From contig BFEA01000017.1 of NCBI GenBank assembly GCA_003427395.1, positions 4,735,889 to 4,799,153 of the forward strand: 63,265 nucleotides of DNA, written 5' to 3'. This document shows, in pieces, positions 26,946 to 39,197 of this stretch. Every line of letters begins with the position of its first letter. The stretch's first letter is position 1. This stretch comes from Chara braunii. Lineage: Eukaryota; Plantae; Charophyceae. A model generated the notes under the pieces. The model was not told the DNA's origin. It made no database searches and saw only the letters and a list, made by a program, of their open reading frames with translations. A program made the translations under genes and the position numbers.

Positions 26946-27285
26946 CGCCCACTGTTACGCGCTTTCATAGCGCCCAGCCATTCGCACACCCCCCTTGGGC
27001 TGGCGCATGGTACTTAAACAGGCACTGCCTGCGCACCACCATTGGCAAGGGGTTAGGTCCATGGTTGCAGTATGCTGGTAGTGGGGTTTGGCGGAGGCTT
27101 GTTTGAGTGGTCGCGCCCGCCCGCTGTTACGTGCTTTCATAGCGCCCAGCCATTCGCATACCCCCCTTGGGCTGACACATTGTGCTATACAGACACTGCC
27201 TGTGCACCACTCAAGGGGTTAATAGGTCCATGGTTGCAGTATGCTGGCAGTGGGTTTTGGGGGGAGGCCAGTTTGAGTGGTTTGA
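26946..27285. repeat. Tandem duplication, unit about 170 bp
   Basis: ctgttacg.gctttcatagcgcccagccattcgca...ggtccatggttgcagtatgctgg occurs twice. Confidence 0.8.
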
Positions 27286-29561
27286 CCTGTAGGGATCTCA
27301 GACTGATGAGTGTTGAGTGTTTATGTGTGGGTTGTGTGTTGAGTAAGGTCCGATGATCTGTAGGTCATACCTTGTGTACTCACTATTGGGTAGATTGATA
27401 GGTGGGAGGGGGGATGGTTAGATAGGACTTTGTGTAGGGTCTGTGGGCCTGTCTGAGTGTGCCGCCTCGTTCGTATGGGCCGCTCTGTGTAAGAGACTGA
27501 GCGTGTCTGGGTACCATGGTTGTTTCCCGGCCTCATGGTCCACCCACGAGAGTTCACACCTACATTGTACGATCCTACGTCCCAGGTAGACCCCGCTCTC
27601 TCCACACACCCTTGAGTAGTGGTAGTGGTTGGGTGTTAGGCATGTACGGTTGCCACGGGCGGGCTTCAGGTTGATCTCACGGTGCTTGTGGGCTGGGGTT
27701 CATCTGGGTTGGTACCTGTCTGAGTTCCCATTGAGGGTTCGGTTGGGGCGTGAGTCTGGGAAGGGTCCCTAGGTAAGGGTGTCATCTTAGGCAGGGGAGG
27801 GAGGGTTGTCGCATTGAATGTAGAAGGGTGGCTCGCTACCCATAGAGTCTGCATGATGTGATACAGGTGCACCTAGTAGCCTGTATCCGGGTCGTCCTCG
27901 AGGATTCGGGGTGTCCCTATGGTAGCACCCGGGGTGTCTGTGGCTCCTCGCAAGGTGCTGGTTGGTGTAGGTCTAGGTCTAGATAGAGGGGTCGGGTCGC
28001 ACCACTACAGGGCTTGACTTGCAATAAGTTAGTCACGAATGATGCCACCTGGAGGAAAAAAAAGCCTGTCCCTGGGGTCGACACAAGCCATCTGATCCCC
28101 TCACTGGTTGAGTACGACGACAGGCACCTCCCGAGGCCTAGCATCCACCCTCTACTACAAACATGAAAAAAAAAAAAAAAAGCCAACAACAACAACAACA
28201 CAGATTTCAAACAGCCATCATATGTCCATCCATATACCACCTGCGCAAATACTGAAAGCACATTATTCTGTGCCTAACAAAGCAGCAAGAGAATCGCTGC
28301 AGATGCACAAGGACGAGTACAGTTATATATTGTCAGAGTCTTTGGATTTCGACATTCGCAATTGAAATCTAGAGAGAGCACAGATCTTCGCCCCAAAAGA
28401 ACAAAGAGGAAATGGAGGCAGGCCTGATGATGTCGTCTTCCCCTGAATAGAAGGCATGCTCATTATTGCTGTTCTCGGAATACGTTTCTGAGCCCGGTTC
28501 TCAGCACAAAAAAAAAAAGGAGATACGTTTCTATTTCTGGGGGGCCGCACATGCTGCGAACCGGGCCCAGCGTCCCTTTTAATAAATAGGGCCGGGGTCC
28601 TCACAGTCTGCCCGGAAGAGAAACAGTATCGAGGGCATTACTCGTCTGAGCTTCAGATCTTAAGACTGTGAACAGACCTCTCAGTAGTAGACTGATAGAC
28701 AGTAGAGGTAAGAGATACGTTTCAGGCGAGAGCCTGGCTGTATTATTCTGGGAAGAGAATGTGGTGCTCCCGTAGTCCCGTGAACATAAGGTACCCCGAT
28801 ACTGAATGTATATAAGCCATATTCCAGGTCAGGTGCAGCCAAAACGAGGGTGCATTGTGGTGAAGACCGTGGCCTTTGCCATGGCTGTGCTGAAGTCAAC
28901 ATGAACCCAGCCACAGGTGGCTACCACGTTCATGTTTGGCTGAGGGCTGCATTTTTTTAATTTTTTCTTAACCACCACTACCTTTTCCCATGTGGGCGGA
29001 GGCCCATATGCCGGAAAAATCCGTTTGACTGTCTGGAAAAAAAAAAAAACAAAAAAAAAAACACTGCTTCCAATGAGATTTATCAACGGTGGCCGTCCAG
29101 CCTCCCATGTTTTTGGGGTAGGCTACTTTCCTGTACTCCCAACAGCCGGAAAGTGAACCCCTCTGACGCGAGTGAATACAGGCCCCCGAGGTGCACCCAT
29201 TCATCCACCAAGTGAAGTCCTAAAAACACCGTAGGTACTGGTGGTTTACGGCCAGGCTCCACTACACAGTGCTTTACATAAACAAAAACAAAAAGAAACA
29301 ATACCCTACATGCATTGGCTTCCTGGCCACAGTTCATTCAGAATGTTGGACTCGTTCGAATGCACCTGGTCCTGAAAGCATCCACATACATGTACTAGAG
29401 TTATGCGTGGTGGAACCAGGCAGCTGGTACTGCTAGTTGTGGCCATACGAGCATCCACCACTAGTAGTCCGCCTGTTGACTCCAATCTATTGGTTGGGAG
29501 AGCAGCACTTGCTGGAAATAGGGTCTAGCGTCCCTTTTCTTTTTCTTTTTCTTTCTTTCTT

Positions 29562-29604
<43 letters not shown>

Positions 29605-29605
29605 N

Positions 29606-29674
<69 letters not shown>

Positions 29675-30650
29675 CCAGCGTCCCTTCTACAAAACAATCC
29701 AAGGGTAAAAAAAAAACAAATAAAAAAAATGCAAAGGCTTTTTTTTTTTTTTTTAATAATAAGAATTCATCACTTCATTGCAAAATATTGAAGAGGCCGG
29801 GGTCCTCTCCTCACAATTCTACCTGGAGATACTGGGGCCATTACCCAGTGGTTTGCTCGTCAGTGTTTCTTTTCTTCTTCTTCTCTTCTCCTCTCTCTTT
29901 CTCTTTTTCGTCTTCTTCTTTCCTCTTTTTCGCTTGTTCCCAGCCAGCGATGCACTTATCGATTTGAGTTGTCAAATTGACATTACCCAGCTTTGGCTCG
30001 TGCTGGAAAGGGGTTCCAGCGTCCCTTAAGTCCCACTTCAACCACCGCGCTTGCACAAACCCTACGGACGATCTCCTCACAAAGAATACAGGTCTGCTTT
30101 TCTGCTAAGGCTCCACCCATTGCTGACCAAGTTTTTTTCCTGTGCATCAGTTCCACTACGTACTACGAGGGCCCTATCACAAGAAGGCTTCCAAACCTTA
30201 GACCCTCAAAACTAATGTCGGATTCTCTGCTGTTCCTCAACCAGTGTACACATCTTCACACTAATCAACAAGCTTTATCGGAAAATGTTTGAAGTTTTCC
30301 AGGCTAGTCCTCAAACTAGGCGGGAAAAAGGCACCCACCAAAAGAAGAGGGTGCCAAAATTCCAAGCTAGCCTATAAGAAAAAACTTTATTTTCCTCCCG
30401 TAGCCAGTGGAAAAACTTCCAACCTTCAAAACGCATGCCCACAGTTTATCTTCCAGCATTTACCTACTCAACATAAAGATCCAACTTAACCCTAGGAAAA
30501 ATCTGAAGGCAGCCTAAATACTTCATTCAAGACAGATTGCGTTTCACATAGAACAAAAACATAATGTGCTTACCCTATTCGTGAGCAGAACACCAAGAAG
30601 CATTTCTCTCACAGATTTGTAGGTACATTTCTTCCGTTCATCAACGAGGT

Positions 30651-30716
<66 letters not shown>

Positions 30717-31134
30717 NNNNNNNNNNNNNNNNNNNNNNNNNNNNNNNNNNNNNNNNNNNNNNNNNNNNNNNNNNNNNNNNNNNNNNNNNNNNNNNNNNNN
30801 NNNNNNNNNNNNNNNNNNNNNNNNNNNNNNNNNNNNNNNNNNNNNNNNNNNNNNNNNNNNNNNNNNNNNNNNNNNNNNNNNNNNNNNNNNNNNNNNNNNN
30901 NNNNNNNNNNNNNNNNNNNNNNNNNNNNNNNNNNNNNNNNNNNNNNNNNNNNNNNNNNNNNNNNNNNNNNNNNNNNNNNNNNNNNNNNNNNNNNNNNNNN
31001 NNNNNNNNNNNNNNNNNNNNNNNNNNNNNNNNNNNNNNNNNNNNNNNNNNNNNNNNNNNNNNNNNNNNNNNNNNNNNNNNNNNNNNNNNNNNNNNNNNNN
31101 NNNNNNNNNNNNNNNNNNNNNNNNNNNNNNNNNN

Positions 31135-31206
<72 letters not shown>

Positions 31207-32408
31207 CTTCTCTTTCTCAGGCTGCTGCACTGTTTCATTTTTCGCTGATTCATTGTTGATTCGTTGTTGCTGCTCCGATGTCTGCAGCTCCATTTTCTCT
31301 GCTCTGTCAATATGATCTTCCCAAGGCCCAGTGTGTCAAAGCCCTACTGTGCTTCCCTCCAAGAACTCCACTTCTGTAGGTCTTGTTTACTTGGAAACGG
31401 TCCGTAGGAAGTTGCTAAGGTCGGCAACATTATAATCCATGAAGTTGCTCTGATTGTTCCATGGGAAGGACGCTGAGCTCGAGCGTTCTTCGGCTCGACA
31501 TGTTCGGCGTGTTCAGATAGTTCAGGGAGTTACCCCCGTCTTGAAAGCTGCCATCTGGCTCTCGTTCAGCTCCACAGCTGCTGTGTGGAAACCCCATGCT
31601 GTCTGCCTCCTCTCCTCAGAGAGCCCACCCACTCCCCCCTCTAAGCCCTGGACAAGCTCGTGTCTCTATTGCTCGAGCTATCCTGTGTAGCGCGACCGCT
31701 GCAAGACCCCCCTTCCCCGCGCTTCACGCTCCGGGGCATGGTGGTTAAGCTCCGTGCGGCTATGCACGCGGCATCACCACGCGTCTATGGCAAAACCCTA
31801 ATACTGTGCCGCTCGCGTCATGGGAGCAGAGCGCTAGGGCGCCGGCTTCCCGCTTCGTCCTCAAAATCTATTATCCCCAAAAAAAAAACAAAAAAACAAT
31901 CCAAAGGCTTTGGAACTGCTGACTCAGAGAAAAAATGAGGAAAATGAAAGTCTGGAGGCTGTATCATGGCTGCTGCCAGCCTCGTCAGCCCACCAGTGGC
32001 TGCCAGATCTTCCCTTGCCCTTTTTTATTTTTTTTATTTTTATTTTCACAAGAACATATTTTGCTATCTCATCATGATGCCCCAAATCTGTGTTGCTATG
32101 GAGGTGGTGGGACAGAGTCTGGACGTGGATAACTTGAGAGGAAAAATGGCCACGGACCTGGTAAACCATGTTCCTGGCCCACCACCCAAGGCTACAGAGG
32201 GACCAGAAGTACTGATAACTGGTTCAGGATGGGGAGGAAAGCAGTACTGGGGGGACTTCAGATGTCAAGATGCACCTATGCATGGGAAGACGTCCAACTA
32301 GACCACCAGACAAGAAAGAACATAACAACCTATGTCCAAACAGCCATTTTTTGGGAGAACGGCATCAGGTAAAAACACCTCAATGACCCGAACAAGAAAA
32401 AGATGAAA

Positions 32409-32462
32409 ATACCTTTCTCGGAATTTCTTGCCTTTTGGCTAAGATCAAGTGTAGTATCTGTT
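32409..32462 (+). pseudogene. U2: U2 snRNA 5' fragment
   Basis: atacctttctcgg(aatttcttg)ccttttggctaagatcaagtgtagtatctgtt, with a 9-nt insertion; abuts the poly(T) of a minus-strand tail cassette. Confidence 0.88.
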
Positions 32463-35400
32463 TTTTCTTTTCTTTAACTTCGTGTACGGGAAGCCTACTT
32501 AACGAGGTGATAAGAGCATCCTCATCAAGTGCCCCCTGCAGCGAAGGCTCCATCTATTGGTGGGGAGCAACACCTGCTGGAAATCGGGTCCAGTGTCCCT
32601 GTACAATTATGTGAATGTATCTGCTGGGAATCGGGTCCAGCGTCCTTATGCAGAATTGTGTTGATGGCTCCACCTACCTAGTGTATGCACGTTTTAGACA
32701 ATATATGTGAGATGATGGGAGAACCCTATCCATCTGATCTACCGTATCTCCAAAACAAACTGGGACATCGAGATCGATCTAATAAATCAGACGAAACCCT
32801 AACGTTGATGTAATGTGTATGACGTATTGAGCTGCAACTCAAAGCCAGCTTCCGTATACGATGATGAGTTGAGATGTCAAAGAGAACCTATCTATCAGAC
32901 GAGGGGGGGAATCCCACACGTTAGTGTGATGTGTGTGATGTGTGTAAGCTGGGAATCATAACCAGCTTCATTCATTTATGCAATGATAAGATATCAAAGA
33001 AGAAATACACTCCATCCTATATATATACTTACCTAACCTGTTTCTTAAAGAAGAACGGAGGCATTGATTACTCCCCTACAAAAAGGAAGGATTGACCTCC
33101 TGTTCATGAAGTATTATTCCTAATAGAGAGTTGTTAATTTCTGACTTCCCATACTTCTCAATTGACTCTGTATATGTTTTGTATATGGGACGCTGGACCC
33201 GCTTTCCAGCAGGTGATGCTCCCCACCAATAGATGGAGCCTCCCCCTGGGGTGCTAGTGGTGACGGCTCGTACCAGCAGCACTAGCACTGGCAGGGGTTG
33301 TTTAAAAAAAAAAAAAAAGATCGCCCTTCTGCTGCCAAAATTATCGTTGTCCACCCCCAGCAAGCAATCTTCAAACCCGCCAATAGCAGATCGAGCTGGC
33401 GAAGCCCTGACCTATCTCCCCCCCGATTGAAGTTGTAGAAAGCAACTCCAATTAGCAATCCATCCGAGCTCAACAAGGGGGAGAGCAGCAAACCAACTCC
33501 CACCCTATGCCACCCAAAGAAAAGGAGATGGACACAGAGTACACCATCAGTTTGTAATTATTGAGCAGAGGTATTGATCCTTGGATCCTGAATAAGAACA
33601 ACAATCAATGAAGAGGATCACCATGGATACAGTTCAAGTTTGCTTCCTAGTCGCCCTTCTGCTGACTACAAGCATATAGCGCTCCCACCACTAACGGTGG
33701 CACTCACACTGCCTCCGCAGTGCCGGTGCCTGTAGATGCTAGCTCACAAGTGGGGGACAGAGAGAGTGTTTTCCAGAAGAGGTTTGATCCAACAGACAAA
33801 CCTTAATCACGGCAGTTCTGAGAATGATGTGAAGTACTGATATGACTACTCATTGACTAACACTGTCAGATAATCCGGCCTACGGTACGGCCTGTCCTGA
33901 AGATGAGGGCAGATGCACTACCATAAATTCACTCATAAGCCAGACCCTCTGACCCAAGGCTTGAAGGAGTCAATCCAACAACGAGAGGGATGACCGGGCT
34001 ATAAGACTTGCACCTAAATACTGCCAACATCTAACTAATCAAGAGCTGCTACCTGTTATGGCACCCATCCTCGTACAAATCCTACAGGAGCAGTAGCAGA
34101 AGCTTCATGAATTTGGCCTTACTTACCGGAAACAAATAGCAAACAGTAGCGGAAGCTCAACAGGTCACAACTAAAGTTAAAAACTATCCTTGGAATTACA
34201 GTTCCATACAGATAGAGGGTCACAGCAAGAAGCGCCGAGTCAAATTCCACGGAGAGATCAAACATATGCATCAGAACGGAGGGAACAATTGATGCGGTCG
34301 GAGTTAAACTAGTCATGACTCATGAGCGCATTGAAGAAAATAATCCTGAAAGTATTACAAAAAGGAACTTCAAAAGGGCATAAATCTAACCCCAGTAATG
34401 GCTGGATGCAGTAAGTCAAAATCAACGACGACAAAGATTCTATCCTATTCCTTAGCTCTGCGAAAATGAACAGGTAGGAACGGCCAACAGGTTTTTTTTT
34501 TTTTTTTTTTTTTTGGAAAAACTTGGGAGAACGAATTTTTAGAATCAACAACTGGAAAAACCTGCCAATATTGACTGCCCTGGACTCGGGAGCTGGTTGT
34601 GGAGGCTCTTTTAACTGTAATCCACCTGTAATCACCAAACCAGCTGTCCATAATCTGCAGGCTCCATGGGCCTGGAAACAACGGCCAACAGGTATCATGG
34701 CCGAGTACAGAGCTTTCCAGCCGGACGTGGAAGCAAGTGGATCTAAGCTATTACTGTGTCTGGTTTCATACACTTAAATTCTTGCTCTTCATGACCTGTC
34801 CTGCCCTTGCTCGTATCAGCAGCAGTCCCACCGCTATTGCAAGCTCTCACACTGCTTCCGCAAGCTCTCACACTGCTTCCGCAAGTGCTGCCTTAACTGC
34901 TGGCATGCTCAAGTACTCTGTCACAACGGTGTGAAAGGATAGCAGAGAATGGAACACTCATCCATGCGTTACTCACCGATGGAAGCGCCATCATGATGAT
35001 GACGAGAGTGCAACCCACAACTAAATAGCATGAAAACCTTGGTCATGCTGTTTGCGCCCCAGTGAAAGATTAGGTCGTCATCCTCGTACTGGGAGAAGCG
35101 CCGTCAGGACACGAACGGGATTAGCGCTAACATGAGCACTAATTTGCGGCCACCGTTCTCATTCCCTTTTGTAGCTCATCAATGATTTTGGATACTATGG
35201 ATACAATAATTTGTGGTTAGGACGTTCGACCCGCTTTCCAACAGGTGCAGCTCCCCACCAATAGATTGGGAGCCATCAAACAGTGCAGACTCAAACCCAC
35301 CAGACACTCCTACAGCCTGACGGGTAGTTGTCTGTCAAAAAAAAAAAAAAAAAAAAAAAAAAANAAAAAAAAAAAAAAAAAAAAAATAATAATAATAATA

Positions 35401-36328
35401 ACAATTTTATAATTTGTATTTTTTATTAAAGAATTTTGATGTGACCCTCTGGGGTTGGGACCCACTATGTTGTGACGCTGTTTTCGCATTAAAAAAAAAG
35501 GTTATCCTGCGTTTTGCAGATTTCAAAACCTCTTTTTTCTGTGAATTAAAGAAAGCAAGAGCATTTTCTGGCTTCTCCTGTCAACCCAATGGGCAAGGAG
35601 GCAGCAAATTCGTCTCCTGTTTTTGAGGATGAGTTCTTCGGTCACCCAATGGGCTGCGTCCTCTGAAGGTCATTTTTCTGTTTTGCAGATCTCATGAAGG
35701 CTGAGAGCAGTGAGGAAGCAACTGTTACAAGGAAACGTTGCAAAATCACCCCCCACCTCAAAAATGGGCAAAAATGCAACAACGGATGAACAGTGGAATT
35801 CGAATTGAAAAGGAAAATTCACAAGAAGTGCTAATCCTCTCTAGAACGCGGATTGGATGAACAGTGGAATTCGAATTGAGAAGGAAAAAAATTAATTCAA
35901 AAGAAGTACTAATCCTCTCTAGAACGCGGATTGGTTGACACCTGGCCACGAAACTTCACCCTTTCACAAACAGGCCGCCCGTGGGCCGTGGATATCAATC
36001 TCCATCCACGGACTGTATGTGTCACGAAAGGCCGCATGTGATTGAAATCGTCAGCAAGTCGTTGTAAAACGTCTCTAGTGGGTCCTGACCTGGGCTGAGG
36101 TCCCACTAGCAAAGAGGATCGGATCGAATGCCTGAATCTGGATGTGTTTTATGCAGAGAGATGCAGAAAAGCAGTTCAATCTCGATTTCCCGCACCTCTC
36201 TACAAACACATTCAGATGCAGGCATTCGATCCGATACTCTTTGCTAGTGTGACCACGCCCCTGAGGCAAAAGTTGTCTGCATAACATACTTTGTTTTCAG
36301 AATTTTGGGATTTTTTTATCTTCTTCTT

Positions 36329-36361
<33 letters not shown>

Positions 36362-36894
36362 TTAAATAAGAAACAACCCGATTCAATGCTAGGGGTGCCG
36401 GTAGGAGCAGACACCTCTAGCACTTCCCGGTTGATCTGCTCTGTTACTTCTCAGACAGCTCCTTCTACCCAAGCACCTTCCCCAACAAGAATGCCGCGCT
36501 GCCACCATAATGCCAAAGTACTGTTCGCCGTCCTCATCTAAACATGTTATCTGTGAAGGTAGGTGCTTCCGAGTCTGACTCATTCATCGGTGACCAGAAG
36601 CCTGTCAGAATTATAGCTTGTCAAGACCACGGCCAGGGGGTGTATGGGACTCTGGGACCATCCGTCTGCCGACTCGGAGGGCCTGCATCTCACCAGTAAA
36701 TGTATATAACAGCGCCAGTCTGATTTTTTTATTTTTTTAATATTTTTTTATATTTTTTTTTTAAGCCCAGGGTGTCGGCAATCATTTTTTTAAGCGCCAG
36801 TATAGGACAGTCTTGACTCTGCATTTGGACACAAATGTGTGGACTGCACTGCAACTTCGATCAGGTGGTAGCTGTAGGATGACAATCATTATGA

Positions 36895-36927
<33 letters not shown>

Positions 36928-37681
36928 GATGACTATGATCTTTCCTCGGAAAGCATTTTGACCGACTCCTTCACAGTGACTTCTCTCTCCCAAGTCTGAC
37001 CCAGACTGAAAACGTTTTTAAGGCCTGAGTTTTCTCTCAAGCCTAACTTGAAGTTTAAGTCTTGTATGGCCAAAATACGATGCCAAGATCATTTTCACTG
37101 AGGATTGCCTCTGCTCTGTGTTGTGTGCCTTCCTTCTTTCCCTTGTGTTTGTTTCTCTGCTCTCCGTCTATTCTTCGCTATCCCTTATGATATTCTCACC
37201 CCCGTTTTTGAATTCTTATTACCTCAACAATCCTTCTTTTTTTTTAATTTATTTATTTATTTATTTATTATTTTAATAATCCAAAGCAAGCTCTTCCTTA
37301 GTACTTGGTTTACCAACACACCCTCTCTGCTGCATAGGCTCCCCTCAACCTCCCCTCTGATCACTCAGTCACACACACCTACACACCTACACACCTACAC
37401 ACCTTCACACCTTCACACCTTCACACGTACACACCTACACTCCTACACACATACACACATACACACGCATTTGATTTGAGGGCATACTCGCATGCATCGG
37501 GTCTTTTATGGCTGTATATGTCCATAGTTACGGCGAAATGGAGACCAAAGAAAAAGGTTTATGGACGGTGACTATGCCCTTGAGAACCAGGCTGAGTGCA
37601 CTTTTTCGCCTGACCGGTGCTGTAATGATTGGATGGGGATCTTGGGCCCGGGGTAATTGAATGTGCAACGTTATGCTGCAG

Positions 37682-37944
37682 GGTTTTCCTTAAACGAGAC
37701 AAAAGACGTTGACTTCAACGCGAAGCTGATCTCCATTGCTATGGCTCATGGGCTGGCCATCGGCATCATGGTGTCCGCTACAGCTGGCGTGTCCGGGGGC
37801 CATATCAATCCTGCTGTCACCTTTGGGATGCTGCTCACCGGCCGAATCAGCTTGATGAGATCCATCATGTACTGGGTTGCCCAAATTGTTGGTGCTATTT
37901 TTGGATCGGGTCTCATCGCTGGCATTTCACCCAACGCATCTGAG
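37682..37944 (+). CDS. HIP: Aquaporin (MIP family, HIP-like), internal exon encoding TM2, first NPA box and TM3
   Basis: Translates ...LISIAMAHGLAIGIMVSATAGVSGGHINPAVTFGMLLTGRISLMRSIMYWVAQIVGAIFGSG...; preceded by acceptor tgcag (phase 1) and followed by donor gtaagg (phase 0). Confidence 0.93.
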
Positions 37945-37982
37945 GTAAGGGCACTCTTATTCAAAGCCTCACCAGGTTACTA

Positions 37983-38086
37983 CCGTCGTCCCCGAACATA
38001 ACGCACCCTGATAATGAATGTATCAAAGGTATATGTCCGGTCAGATACTACCAAAATAAGGGTGCGTTGTGTTCGGGGGAAGACGG
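37983..38086. mobile_element. Tc2/pogo-like MITE in the aquaporin intron
   Basis: TA TSD; TIR ccgtc.tccccgaaca.aacgcaccct / agggtgcgttgtgttcgggggaagacgg. Confidence 0.8.
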
Positions 38087-38167
38087 TAGCTTGCTGTTAA
38101 ATTGTCCCCCTGTTTCCCATCAGCATGATTGGAGAGCGTCTCACATGTTTAAAGTTTAAACCACCTG

Positions 38168-38268
38168 TACCTTTCTCGGCCTTTTGGCTAAGATCAAGTG
38201 TAGTATCTGTTCTGATCAGTTTAATATCTGATCTGTGGTCCATCGGGCCACTACGATATTAAATTTTT
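38168..38268 (+). pseudogene. U2: U2 snRNA retrocopy (about nt 2-100) followed by poly(A)
   Basis: tacctttctcggccttttggctaagatcaagtgtagtatctgttctgatcagtttaatatctga matches the plant U2 5' end including GUAGUA; stops near the Sm site; poly(A) from 38273; lies inside a MITE. Confidence 0.92.
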
Positions 38269-38330
38269 AACCAAAAAAAAAAAAAAAAAAAAAAGTTGTG
38301 CCCGTCCCAAAATATTATATATATATATAT

Positions 38331-38439
38331 CGTCAAATAGAACTGCCCGGTAAACCGTAGGCAGAGAGGGAGAAGAGGACAACAAACGAGGGGCTGTGAC
38401 AAACTGTTTCGTCGGAGTTTCACCGACTCATCAGGAGGC

Positions 38440-38441
<2 letters not shown>
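38331..38441 (-). mobile_element. Short (TA)n-embedded element with a hammerhead ribozyme core
   Basis: Minus strand CTGATGA-GTCGG-tgaaact-CCGAC-GAA-ACA-gtt-TGT-C at 38434-38398; homologues at 11857-11956 and 59344-59385. Confidence 0.7.
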
Positions 38442-38499
<58 letters not shown>

Positions 38500-39197
38500 T
38501 AAATAGCGCCCGTACACAAGCCGCGACTTAAGGAAACGTACGGGCCACTAAAGAAGCGCCCAAATTCATCCGACTAGAGATGTTTCAGCTCTATTTTTTT
38601 TTTGCCGCCGCCCGATAGCAGCTGGGCGAAGTACTGGTGGTTTAACTTTTAGTAGAATTGTTTCCTTATTAAATTTTCTGTTCCATGGGAATTATGGTGC
38701 CATGCATGAATCAGCATCATGATCATGGTTGCAATAACTACAGCCTTAGCTTAATAATATCCTTAAGGCCATCCCATAACCATTTCGTCGAAATGGATTT
38801 TTTTCCTTCTTTTGAATATATGAAAATGGACCCCCTGTGCAACCCCAAGAAATGCCAAAAACTTTTTTCTGAGGGTATGGAGTTTTCAGAACGCTCGACC
38901 CTCTCGAACGGACCTGGACGGCATTGAGGTGCAAAGGTACAGCCCAGAGGGTCCGGGCGTTTTTTTTCAAACTCCGCACCTCCAGAAGAGAATTTTGGCC
39001 ATTTTGGGGGGCTGCACCAACTTCAAGCAGGTATCCCAATTTTGAATTTTGGGCAATTTGTGAAAATATATATATAAATGTAAAAATATAAAATCCGCAT
39101 TGTTGGCCAGCTGTCGATCCTCTGTGCATCTGTGCAATCCCATGAATGAACCCAGGCTGATGCAAAGTTCTTTTTGTACGTGTGTGGCTTTCGGCAG

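Larger units (their letters stand above)
38159..38642. mobile_element. AACCACCAGTAC-TIR MITE carrying a nested U2 retrocopy and the hammerhead-core element
   Basis: 38505-38642 is the reverse complement of 25159-25290; left TIR aaccacctgtac at 38159. Confidence 0.8.

Noticed and set aside
30544-31310. Long ORFs spanning N runs and microsatellites (also 12083-12637, 49175-49728, 50459-51370)
   Set aside because: Artefacts of gaps and simple repeats that lack stop codons.
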